From positions 117,469 through 181,468 of the forward strand of contig CP061209.1 in assembly GCA_026016205.1 (NCBI GenBank): a DNA stretch of 64,000 nucleotides, given 5' to 3'. This document shows positions 1 to 8,815 of this stretch, piece after piece. The notes under the pieces are model-generated. The model worked only from the letters and a program-made list of their open reading frames with translations, made no database searches and was not told the DNA's origin. Each line of letters begins with the position of its first letter. Positions within the stretch are counted from its first letter, which is position 1. The position numbers and the translations under genes are program-made. This stretch comes from Methanosarcinales archaeon (lineage in GTDB: Archaea > Halobacteriota > UBA148 > JAUWXC01).

Positions 1-376
1 CCGCATGCTTTGGTTTTTTCGCCTCTTCTAACTTCTGTAGATTGGTAGTGGTCGCGCCCCCGTATCCTGACAGCAATCTTGCGTGCTCTGTTAAACAGCC
101 GTCGACTATTGCCTCCTCCTCATCCCATTTGTGTTTTGGCACGACCATCTCTATAGGGCGCCAGCAGAAAATACACCGCTGATTGCACGATAACGTCGGC
201 GTCATCTGCATGCATCTGTGGGAGGAAATCCCATAAAACTTGGATTTGTAGCATGCGCCCTCATCCCTAAGCGATTTCCTGAGCCATAGGCAGGGCTTGA
301 CTGCACTATGTCTGCCAACGATGTGATACCCCTGTTTCTTCAGTGTCGCAAATGGCCCAGCAATTTCCTCGTGCAG
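1..376 (-). CDS. taw1: 4-demethylwyosine synthase (radical SAM, Taw1/TYW1), 5' part; runs off the window edge
   Basis: Manual translation gives LKKQGYHIVGRHSAVKPCLWLRKSL...CYKSKFYGISSHRCMQMTPTLSCNQRCIFCWRP, with the CxxxCxxC motif. Not in the ORF track. Start is apparently CTG at 376. Confidence 0.9.
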   Translation of the reverse strand, partial: MHEEIAGPFATLKKQGYHIVGRHSAVKPCLWLRKSLRDEGACYKSKFYGISSHRCMQMTPTLSCNQRCIFCWRPIEMVVPKHKWDEEEAIVDGCLTEHARLLSGYGGATTTNLQKLEEAKKPKHA

Positions 377-645
377 TCTATCACTTCCTTGGTTGAGAGT
401 ATGATGAACAGAGTCATAAATGTGACCAATGTGCGGAAGTTCAAACCTATGCTATTCTGCAGACTTAGGAGAAGAGATATAAAAGTCAGCACGATGACAC
501 TGATGCCAAAACTCACCACGATTTTTTCTTCTATTTCTAACTCATCCAGCCTGTTCGCTGTGCGCAAGAGATTGAAGCCAGGGACTATAAGCAGAAATAT
601 GAACGATATCATAAACTTCAATACATCGAGCGCTGTTATTTCCAT
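340..645 (-). CDS. small multi-TM membrane protein (DUF1616-like)
   Basis: Hydrophobic, with an FLLIVPGF...EEKIVVSFGIS motif; operonic with neighbours. Confidence 0.6.
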   Translation of the reverse strand: MEITALDVLKFMISFIFLLIVPGFNLLRTANRLDELEIEEKIVVSFGISVIVLTFISLLLSLQNSIGLNFRTLVTFMTLFIILSTKEVIDCTRKLLGHLRH

Positions 646-646
646 G

Positions 647-2491
647 TCAGATCACCCTGTAAATTTGGACATTATCATAATCGTATGCTTTTTCAAAATA
701 GTCTGCGTCACGCAGGGTATTGCTAATGGGGTATTTCGCCTCTCTGTGCCCGACGAATACATACGAAACACCTCTTGTGTGCAGGCCTTTATTCAATTGG
801 GGCGCATCCACCTCGTAAAAGAGGCGGTTTATCTTTGACCACTCGTCAACCCCATGATACTGTGTCATGTATAACTGGCCTGCATATGTTATGCGCCTTC
901 CTGTAACCAGCGGAATTCTCGGGAAGTAAGATGGCTCTTCGAGAAATATGGCGTCCTGTAGTGTATTCTCATCAATCCAGTTCAATGCTCGCACTTCATT
1001 TACATCTGCATGGACATATGTGCTGCCTGCATAAAATCCGACGAGCATTACAGTAGAGGGCAGTATGAGGAGTATTGCCAGCAGTGGGAGGCATTTCCTC
1101 GGTGATGGCAGCCTGTCGTATAGGTCATGTATGCAGTAGCCTGAAAATATCGAGGCGGGTATAGTCAGATACACGAGAAAGCGGTATGTGTTCTGGGTTA
1201 GCGGCAGGGTGATTATGTTCAGTATTGTAAACAATAGTAAACCAAAAACCAGTAGGTTATGTGCTTTCTTATTGCCAAACGATCTCCATGCTCCAACGAT
1301 GCTAAGTGGCACCAACACCCCAAGTGCCATGATGGTGGAGAAGAGAACATTTGGATGGTGTGCAATCGTAAGTTGTGATGGTGCGTTTTCCGGAAACAGA
1401 GTCAGCTGAAATGCCGCAACAATGGAAGCGACCATCAATACAATCGCGTTAACCCTTAACTTTTCTTTGTCCTTTAAACCCAACAGCGCATACAGAGCAA
1501 TCAAAACGAAAAGCGGAAATGCTGAGATGAGATGGTAGTATGCCAGAATCCCCAAGGATGCTCCACTCAAGACCGCCATCCTGTTGGAGTTTTCAGTGGT
1601 GGAGTAAAGCCATGTATATAAAATAAAAATCATCATGGCCAGGGCGAATGCCTGCGTCTGGGGCATAAGATAGAACAACAGGGTTGGGTCGTATTTTAGC
1701 ATGGTTATGCCATCGAAATTGTATATGAGTGCCTGAAACAGGTCAATTTGTCCATGATGCAGTGCTATGTACAGCCATGATAAGCCCCCAGTGAAGATGT
1801 AAATCAGAGATGCACACACGGCTGCGCCCCTGTCAAACACATATTCTACAAGAAGATACATGCTCAGGAACAAGGTGAATAGCAGTATTGGGAAGACGAT
1901 TTTAACCATCGAGAATGGCTGGATGCCTGTTAACCTGCACATCTCGCCCATAAAGACGTGTCCTAACCAATTGTATGGAATGTGGTATCCTGGGAGGTAA
2001 GGGTCCTCTGGAGGTATTTGGGGTGCATTGATGTAGCGCTGTATGATGGACAGGTGGTAATTCAAATCCGATGCATGGGTTGGGTTGGCTATGAGGCCTT
2101 CGGCGGTGAACGTGAAGCAGTTTAGAAGCGGGAAAAATACGATCAGGGCTGCAATTATTCCTAGTAAAATGATAATGCAGTCATGTCTACTGGATTGCAC
2201 TGCGAATTCTTTATTCAATAGGCAGGCTGATGACCCAATAATGAATAGGCCCAGAACCACCTGTATCATATCCGGGCCGATAAAACGCATGAGTACGGTG
2301 ACAACAGGAATCATCACCAAAGACAACGTGATGGACGCTGCGAGCATCTCGATGATGCTAAACCGCTTTTTCATATGCGCATACACGCAAAATCCCGGGA
2401 AGAACAGCAGGAGCGGTAGCGATACGAAGCCAATGGGTATCATCACTAATATGCCTGCTAGAATGCCAGCTATCCCTAGTTTTTTCATCAT
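647..2491 (-). CDS. polytopic membrane protein, putative GT-C-type glycosyltransferase with C-terminal soluble domain
   Basis: Many TM helices, loop motif SDLNYH...PPEDPYLPG..Y.W, and C-terminal domain ALNWIDEN...YVFVG...VQIYRV. Confidence 0.6.
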   Translation of the reverse strand: MMKKLGIAGILAGILVMIPIGFVSLPLLLFFPGFCVYAHMKKRFSIIEMLAASITLSLVMIPVVTVLMRFIGPDMIQVVLGLFIIGSSACLLNKEFAVQSSRHDCIIILLGIIAALIVFFPLLNCFTFTAEGLIANPTHASDLNYHLSIIQRYINAPQIPPEDPYLPGYHIPYNWLGHVFMGEMCRLTGIQPFSMVKIVFPILLFTLFLSMYLLVEYVFDRGAAVCASLIYIFTGGLSWLYIALHHGQIDLFQALIYNFDGITMLKYDPTLLFYLMPQTQAFALAMMIFILYTWLYSTTENSNRMAVLSGASLGILAYYHLISAFPLFVLIALYALLGLKDKEKLRVNAIVLMVASIVAAFQLTLFPENAPSQLTIAHHPNVLFSTIMALGVLVPLSIVGAWRSFGNKKAHNLLVFGLLLFTILNIITLPLTQNTYRFLVYLTIPASIFSGYCIHDLYDRLPSPRKCLPLLAILLILPSTVMLVGFYAGSTYVHADVNEVRALNWIDENTLQDAIFLEEPSYFPRIPLVTGRRITYAGQLYMTQYHGVDEWSKINRLFYEVDAPQLNKGLHTRGVSYVFVGHREAKYPISNTLRDADYFEKAYDYDNVQIYRVI

Positions 2492-3495
2492 GTTTCCACC
2501 TTACTCAAGTGTTCGTCCAGACACTTTAATGAATAAAAAAGACCGAAACCGGCAAAAATCACCATGCACTCCACCCAAAACGTAAAGAATCGGTCCATGA
2601 ATATGCTTACACCAAACAACTCGTTCTTCGTCAACAACAGTGTTACAACGAACCAGGATAGCATTAGAAGTTTACAATCTCTTGACACGTGAGTCGAAAG
2701 AAATGTGCGTATAAATCCAATTATGGAAAACGGAATTACAACGAGTCCGGCTCTGGCAAATAACTTCCAGTCGACGACTATGCCCTCATGATACTTGACC
2801 TGTGATATGTTGAAGATATTCAGCGTTTGCATGGTGTACAGTTGCCAGACTCCATATGTGGCGCAGGCGGCGAGGAATGGCACAAATGCCAGCAGGAATT
2901 TATCTCTATCTTTAATCTGTAGGATGGAATACGCCAGCAACGTCAGCGCGAGAACGAGCAACGTCATCTGGTGTGTCAAAGCCGTTGCCATCGCTGCCAA
3001 TATGCTAAGCAATCTTTGCTCCCTGATTACAAAATACAGCGTGAGAGGAATCATGAATAGGCCTAACAACTGGGGCAGCGCCCTTGACGTGAAAATTGTC
3101 AGCTCTGGAGACAGCACAAAGAAAAAAGCCGCACATAGCCCAACGTAGTGATTGCTATAAATCCGATAGGCAAGGGCATAAACCATCATGATGATAAAGA
3201 TGGCAATGGCAATCGTCATTATGCCGGAAAGGGGCATTGGGTCAACATTGGATACTATTGCAAGAGAGGCGATTAGCAGCCTGTATGCCGGGACGTAAAA
3301 GTGTCTGAAGCCCCCGCCATACGATAATTCATACAACGGATAGTGCATCGTCTCTATCGTCTTTCTAATAATCCCAACGTGGTACATCGTATTCCCGAAT
3401 GTTGGAATAATGTAGCCCTTCAATATCGGAGCCCTATACCATAACGCTGCGCATATAATGGCAAACAACAAAATCTGCCTGTCCTTTATCTTCAA
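2488..3495 (-). CDS. polytopic membrane protein, GT-C-like membrane domain
   Basis: Multiple TM helices and GNTMYH loop motif; 4-nt overlaps with both neighbours. Confidence 0.55.
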   Translation of the reverse strand: MKIKDRQILLFAIICAALWYRAPILKGYIIPTFGNTMYHVGIIRKTIETMHYPLYELSYGGGFRHFYVPAYRLLIASLAIVSNVDPMPLSGIMTIAIAIFIIMMVYALAYRIYSNHYVGLCAAFFFVLSPELTIFTSRALPQLLGLFMIPLTLYFVIREQRLLSILAAMATALTHQMTLLVLALTLLAYSILQIKDRDKFLLAFVPFLAACATYGVWQLYTMQTLNIFNISQVKYHEGIVVDWKLFARAGLVVIPFSIIGFIRTFLSTHVSRDCKLLMLSWFVVTLLLTKNELFGVSIFMDRFFTFWVECMVIFAGFGLFYSLKCLDEHLSKVET

Positions 3496-4013
3496 TATAC
3501 CACCCTATAGATTTGAACATCATGGTTTTCATATGCCAGTTCAAAGTAATTTGGATTGCTGAATTTTGTAACCTCAACATCTTTCCAACCATATCCGGCG
3601 TGTATTTGCCTTTGCAGCGGGACGAAAACATAGGTGCAGTTATATTTCTTGCATAGGCTGGACGCCTCGCCAGGAGATTTGGTGAGGTATATCTTTTCTG
3701 CGTCTGCCATGTTCTGTGTAGCATTTTGGGCATTTGCCCAGTCACCGCCCACGATTGGAACTCTCGTGGTCATGCCCATGATTAACTCGCCGCCGAATAT
3801 GTCAGCGACAAACCTGTCATCTGGCGAGGTGCGCTCGGTTATCCAGGTGGTTGCTTCAACTTCACCTTTGGTGACGCATTGCGCCAGCCATGGATCTGCC
3901 TGCCCATCTATGTGCATCTCCCCTATGCCTACTCCTTTTAACTGCACAACTCCGGCGATGACTAAAATGGAAACTATTGCTATAACAAGAATGTTCTTCC
4001 AAGATTTTTTCAT
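3492..4013 (-). CDS. membrane-anchored extracellular domain homologous to the C-terminus of the 614-aa protein
   Basis: N-terminal TM, then EATTWITE...YVFVP...YFELAYENHDVQIYRV, matching YFEKAYDYDNVQIYRV of 647..2491. Confidence 0.65.
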   Translation of the reverse strand: MKKSWKNILVIAIVSILVIAGVVQLKGVGIGEMHIDGQADPWLAQCVTKGEVEATTWITERTSPDDRFVADIFGGELIMGMTTRVPIVGGDWANAQNATQNMADAEKIYLTKSPGEASSLCKKYNCTYVFVPLQRQIHAGYGWKDVEVTKFSNPNYFELAYENHDVQIYRVVY

Positions 4014-4118
4014 ATCAAATTAAACTGGTAAACAGCATACGTAAAAGTTTCTACAATCTAATCTAATCTACCACCCAATTTATAAGTGCAAAGGGATTAA
4101 GATGGAGATGTGGTTGTT

Positions 4119-4469
4119 ATGGTCGAACAAACCGAAACATGGGCGATATTGGTCGTTGCAGTTTGTGCCATCATCGGTGCAATAGGGCAGTTGTTTTTTA
4201 AGATAGGCTCCTCAACAGTGTCAATGGACATCATCTCGTGGATATTTAATACAAAAATAATCGTAGGGTTCGTTTTGTATGCTGTATCGAGTATATTCTT
4301 CATATTTGCCCTGAAACATGGGAGTCTGAGCGTGCTTTACCCCGTCATTGCCACGAGCTACATCTGGATGGCATTACTCGCTATGATATTCTTGGGCGAA
4401 ACGATGACATTCGGTAGGTGGGGGGGCATTGGACTGATACTTCTAGGCGTCTATCTGATTGTAAGGTAA
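4119..4469 (+). CDS. EamA/SMR (ArnE/F-like) small membrane protein, candidate lipid-sugar flippase
   Basis: Four TM helices; GQLFFK and LSVLYP motifs. Confidence 0.7.
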   Translation: MVEQTETWAILVVAVCAIIGAIGQLFFKIGSSTVSMDIISWIFNTKIIVGFVLYAVSSIFFIFALKHGSLSVLYPVIATSYIWMALLAMIFLGETMTFGRWGGIGLILLGVYLIVR

Positions 4470-4473
4470 TAGA

Positions 4474-5175
4474 ATGAAATCCATTTCGCTCATCATCCCC
4501 GCATACAACGAGGAGAAGAGGATAGACGGCACACTAACTGATTATCAGGCGTTTGCAAGGCAGAACTATGGCGATTATGAAATGTTCGTGGTGTGCGATG
4601 GTTGCACGGACAGGACCCCAAAAATCGTGAAAGAATTCTGCAGACAGAATCCGCGCATAAAACTTCTTGAATTCCCCCACAAATTAGGGAAGGGTGGCGG
4701 TGTATTGAAGGGCTTCACGGCTGCCGGAAGCGATGTAATCGGATTCGTGGATGCTGATGGCGCTGTTTCGCCCGAGGAATTTGATAAACTGGTAAAAGCG
4801 CTAGATGGAGCAGACTGTGCTATTGCATCTCGGCATATAATGACATCTAAAATACTGGCCAAGCAATCGCTCATGAGAAGGGCTGCAAGCAGGGGCTTCA
4901 ATCTGCTCGTCAGAATGGTGTTCGGTCTGCCGTTCAAGGATACACAGTGCGGAGCCAAGGTCATGAAAAAGAGCGTCGTTGATAGTGTATTGCCGAAGAT
5001 TATGTTGCGAGGATATGAGTTTGACGTCGAGTTGCTGTGGAAAATTAAGAAAAGCGGTTACGTCATCAAGGAAGTCCCGATAACATGGCGACATATGGGG
5101 AATTCAACGTTCAGCCTGAAATGTGCTCCCCGAATGTTTTTTAATCTGTTGAAAGTGCGATTTGGTATGCGTTGA
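4474..5175 (+). CDS. GT2 polyprenol/dolichol-phosphate glycosyltransferase
   Basis: IIPAYNEE, GKGGG, DADG, DTQCG and FDVELL motifs. Confidence 0.88.
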   Translation: MKSISLIIPAYNEEKRIDGTLTDYQAFARQNYGDYEMFVVCDGCTDRTPKIVKEFCRQNPRIKLLEFPHKLGKGGGVLKGFTAAGSDVIGFVDADGAVSPEEFDKLVKALDGADCAIASRHIMTSKILAKQSLMRRAASRGFNLLVRMVFGLPFKDTQCGAKVMKKSVVDSVLPKIMLRGYEFDVELLWKIKKSGYVIKEVPITWRHMGNSTFSLKCAPRMFFNLLKVRFGMR

Positions 5176-5215
5176 CCGGATCGTATGGGACGAGAATTTA
5201 ACGGAGTGTAATGTG

Positions 5216-5395
5216 ATGGTCAAGAAAATTAAAAAGAAAATTAAGAGTGTTGAAACCCCTTTGGGATTACAACTCTCCAAACTCTCTGAGTTGGGAAACG
5301 AAGAAGGATATGAAATGCGAAGTGAAGTCCGTAAACACTTCGAGAAGACCATGAAGGAACGGCATAAGTTACTTAAGAGTCTCGCAGAGAAGTGA
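5216..5395 (+). CDS. small basic protein, possible orphan antitoxin
   Basis: 59 aa; the C-terminal helix KTMKERHKLLKSLAEK loosely resembles antidotes found upstream of Doc toxins. Confidence 0.35.
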   Translation: MVKKIKKKIKSVETPLGLQLSKLSELGNEEGYEMRSEVRKHFEKTMKERHKLLKSLAEK

Positions 5396-5512
5396 TTTTT
5401 ACATCCCTTAAATTTAACGAACAACATCTAAAATTCAACGTACCTTGATGGTAATCTTTTTGCCCGTCATAGGCACCAATTTTTGAGCTTCATCTCAACA
5501 TCCTCATCAACT

Positions 5513-6109
5513 TCATAAATGTAAAAGTTGCTTGCAAATTCTCAAATCGTCAATCGTGTTCACGTTGACCGCTAATTCCTGATATTTTAGTACAAGTCTA
5601 TGTTCTTCCTGCCCCTCTTTTATCAAGCCCCCATCCAAGATGTTCACCCCAGCTGGCACAATCAACTCCTCATCGATATTAAGTACGGTAGACGGTCGGA
5701 TACTAGCATCTTTACATACCGAGATGGGGACGTAAACGGATAGCGCTGGCTTATTTATCTTCCAGTATACATCGATGATTTCATCAATCAATTTGGCGGA
5801 TAGAAGAGGTAAATCAGACATCACGACGAGAAACGGAGTCCTAAGCCCAAGAATCTCCGTCGCCTCTACCAAATCAGATACGTATCCAATACCTTTTGTT
5901 TCGACCACTTCTATGCGCATATTTTCTAGATATTTTCGCGTCTCCAGCGTATGTGGGGAGGTTGCCACAAAAATTTTATCAACTCCATCGCTTTGGTGAA
6001 GTGCATCCAGGACGTACGATATCATTGGTTTTCCGCACAGGCTTATCAGTGGTTTCTCTCCTTTGCCCAGCCTATTTCCAGGTCCGCCAGCCATTACAAG
6101 AGCGTCCAT
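5513..6109 (-). CDS. cobY: adenosylcobinamide-phosphate guanylyltransferase
   Basis: MAGG.G.RL...EKPL NTP-transferase motif, NVNT..DL, cob context. Confidence 0.88.
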   Translation of the reverse strand: MDALVMAGGPGNRLGKGEKPLISLCGKPMISYVLDALHQSDGVDKIFVATSPHTLETRKYLENMRIEVVETKGIGYVSDLVEATEILGLRTPFLVVMSDLPLLSAKLIDEIIDVYWKINKPALSVYVPISVCKDASIRPSTVLNIDEELIVPAGVNILDGGLIKEGQEEHRLVLKYQELAVNVNTIDDLRICKQLLHL

Positions 6110-6840
6110 GTCATCACTCCTATGGATATCAGTGCCACCATGCGCCCTGTTTCATTGATTGCCCCGAGAACGTCACCATTGACCCCTCCAAAGTTGCGGC
6201 TGGCAATATACACTATTAAAAGCGCAGACAGTAACGCAGACACTATAGCAAGCATACCACCCACACCTAACGCAAGCCAGCATACAATACAAGAAAAAAT
6301 CAATCCAGCCAAGAAATCGCGATGTCTGACATTGTCGATGAACATCGACCCCATCCCTTTATGTATGCTCTTTCCAAACATCGCTGCTGTGAGCATGGAT
6401 TGTTTGGCGATAATTTCTGCTATCAGAATGGCAAATAACAAGTTCTGCCCTATTGCAGCTATGACTGAAAACAGAATCAGCAACGACATTACGCAAAAAA
6501 CAGTGCCGCCAACCCCGGTGGTCGTATCGTGCATAATACTGACTCTTTCTTCGGGGGTGCCGTGCGCAGTAATGGCATCTCCAAAGTCTATCAGCCCATC
6601 CATATGATTTAATCCCGTAATGCAGTACAGGGCGAGGACGAGTAACGCCGAGCATAGATATGGCGGCAGGTGTTGAAGCACAAGCCCAATGCTGCCAACT
6701 ATCAGGCCAATTAAGGCACCCAAAGGAGGAAATAGATACATCCGTTTGCCAAGTTTTTGCAGCCCATCCACATCGATTCCGACCGGGATGGTCGTTAGAA
6801 AACCTGCGCCCGCCCTGACGGCATGAAGAAAATCATTCAT
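6094..6840 (-). CDS. cobS: adenosylcobinamide-GDP ribazoletransferase (cobamide synthase)
   Basis: FLTTIP, G.NH.DG..D..D, GG.NGDVLGA motifs. Start moved to the ATG at 6840. Confidence 0.93.
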   Translation of the reverse strand: MNDFLHAVRAGAGFLTTIPVGIDVDGLQKLGKRMYLFPPLGALIGLIVGSIGLVLQHLPPYLCSALLVLALYCITGLNHMDGLIDFGDAITAHGTPEERVSIMHDTTTGVGGTVFCVMSLLILFSVIAAIGQNLLFAILIAEIIAKQSMLTAAMFGKSIHKGMGSMFIDNVRHRDFLAGLIFSCIVCWLALGVGGMLAIVSALLSALLIVYIASRNFGGVNGDVLGAINETGRMVALISIGVMTWTLL

Positions 6841-7909
6841 TTTTCTCCACTCGTGCTGCAACATCATACATCCTGGCCGAGACTCCGCCAATCAACCCAG
6901 CAATTACATCATCCATAAACGGTCCCAGCTCTGCAAGTATGCCCGGCTTTGCTTTGTCGTACCGAATGTACTCAAATAACCCCTTATAGCCGCCGATGTA
7001 CTTTGAGATACTCATTCCAAGGACTTCATCGGCGACGAGGGATGTAAGGTCATTTTCATATCCTCTAAGGTTGAGCATACCCCTCTTTGCATCTCTTTCG
7101 AGAGCAATTCCCGCATAAATCAAAGCGCACACGTTTGGATCCGCCAGCGCATTGTTTAATTCATCTACGAATATTTGTTCTGCCTTCTCGCCAGATTCTA
7201 TCTTAGGATGAGGAACAAAGAGTGACAGGGCAGCCTCTACAATCTTGGGCAACGTTACTCCCAACTCTTCCAGTCTCTGCCTAATGGGTCTGCCTACGGA
7301 GACGTGCTCTTGTTTTTGAAGTGCCTGTAGCGTTGCATTTTTGATTGTATTATAAATCATCTTGCCAAGCGTTGTAGCAGTTCCGGCATATTCTATTCTT
7401 TCGCCTTTGCCCGTGCAGGCAATTGTCACCGTGTCTGTGCTTGTTCCAGTCGCTACGCCTGTACCGCTTCTCACATCTAAAAGTTGCAGGGCAAGGCACT
7501 TACCTTCTGTGGCGGTGATTATAGCGTTTACCATACATGATAGCGTAAGATTACCATCTATCAATAGAATCGTGTTAATCGTATTATTAGATAGGCCTGC
7601 CGTAACGATGGCACAAACCGTCAACCCTCCCCTCTCTTCAAAAATTATTCCAGGATCGTCCACGCGGGCAGCAGTCATCAGCCCTATTGTAGACTCTGGC
7701 AATCCCTGTTCTTCAATAACCTGTCTCAGTTTTGCCTTGGGTTCCATATTAAAATTCTTCTCAACTTGATGATTTATTATCGCTGTCGCCTGGTTGAAAC
7801 CACCATTTAACGCCGCAGAACTCAGAATACAAAGGGGCCTCTCTGACGTCATCACAAGTGTTTTCTTTTTTACCTTCACCTGGATTCCATCTATTGGAAT
7901 CTTCAACAT
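6833..7909 (-). CDS. cbiS: fused adenosylcobinamide amidohydrolase (CbiZ) / alpha-ribazole phosphatase (CobZ)
   Basis: N-terminal CbiZ motifs (LSSA..NGG, GLMTAA, ATGTSTD) plus C-terminal CobZ motifs (DPNV, LVADE.LG, YD..KPG, PFMDD). Confidence 0.85.
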   Translation of the reverse strand: MLKIPIDGIQVKVKKKTLVMTSERPLCILSSAALNGGFNQATAIINHQVEKNFNMEPKAKLRQVIEEQGLPESTIGLMTAARVDDPGIIFEERGGLTVCAIVTAGLSNNTINTILLIDGNLTLSCMVNAIITATEGKCLALQLLDVRSGTGVATGTSTDTVTIACTGKGERIEYAGTATTLGKMIYNTIKNATLQALQKQEHVSVGRPIRQRLEELGVTLPKIVEAALSLFVPHPKIESGEKAEQIFVDELNNALADPNVCALIYAGIALERDAKRGMLNLRGYENDLTSLVADEVLGMSISKYIGGYKGLFEYIRYDKAKPGILAELGPFMDDVIAGLIGGVSARMYDVAARVEKNE

Positions 7910-7912
7910 CGT

Positions 7913-8815
7913 TTACATCACCAGTGGTAGTTTTGTGTAATAGAGTATGAATAAGGCTGACGCGATGATAATTATAGATGACGTTCTCATTATTTGAACC
8001 GCCTTCTTTATTTGCTGTGGCTCTGGTAGTGCAAACTCATCTCCTAAGACATAACAAAACGGCTTTTTAAGAGACACACCTAATGCACCGGCAATCGCGG
8101 CCATTGGCCACCCAGAATTTGGACTTGCGGTTTGGTCATGATCCCGTCTTGATACTCTCAGAGCAGAAAGGGGTGAACCATGGAAGGCTGATGCCATAGT
8201 AATAAAAAGCACCGACAATCTTGCTGGTATGTAGTTTACTACATCATCCAATCTTGCGGAAGCCCATCCGAAATCGCCCTGGTTTTTGTATCCAAACATG
8301 GAATCCAAAGTGTTTATTGCCTTGTACCCCAATGCCCCTGGTAACCCGAAGAGCGCGAAGTAAAATATTGGCGACAGTATTCCGTCTACGAAGTTCTCTG
8401 CGATTGATTCTATGGTAGCAGAACACATCTCCTCTTTTGTAAGTCTTTCGGGCTCTCTCCCAACCAGTGCAGGTAGCTCTTTTTTAGCACTGACAAGCTC
8501 ATCCCTCTCAAGATGTCTATATACCCTGGTTGCAGTATCTGTTAGGCATGTGATGGAAAACGTTGACTTCAAGACATATGCTGATACGAGCATGCCGATG
8601 GCACCGTGCATAAGAGTGCACAAATATCCACCTAACGCGGCGATGCTGGGTATGGTCAGAGCCAACACACATCCAGATAGTTTTGATTTATTTAGATGAA
8701 TTCGTACAGCATCTATCAGTTTACCGATCCAAACCACAGGGTGGAACATTTCACGAGGCTCGCCAAAGAGTAGGTCCATTCCTATTGCGAGAGCCAACAC
8801 CATTTCCCAGTTCAT
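7913..8815 (-). CDS. cbiB: adenosylcobinamide-phosphate synthase
   Basis: HPVVWIG, ES.AEN..D, NTLDSM.GY, SPNSGWP motifs; ATGA overlap with cobD. Confidence 0.93.
   Translation of the reverse strand: MNWEMVLALAIGMDLLFGEPREMFHPVVWIGKLIDAVRIHLNKSKLSGCVLALTIPSIAALGGYLCTLMHGAIGMLVSAYVLKSTFSITCLTDTATRVYRHLERDELVSAKKELPALVGREPERLTKEEMCSATIESIAENFVDGILSPIFYFALFGLPGALGYKAINTLDSMFGYKNQGDFGWASARLDDVVNYIPARLSVLFITMASAFHGSPLSALRVSRRDHDQTASPNSGWPMAAIAGALGVSLKKPFCYVLGDEFALPEPQQIKKAVQIMRTSSIIIIASALFILYYTKLPLVM

Noticed and set aside
308..838. 176-aa plus-strand ORF and the many other antisense ORFs in the track
   Set aside because: They overlap well-supported genes on the opposite strand and show no motifs.
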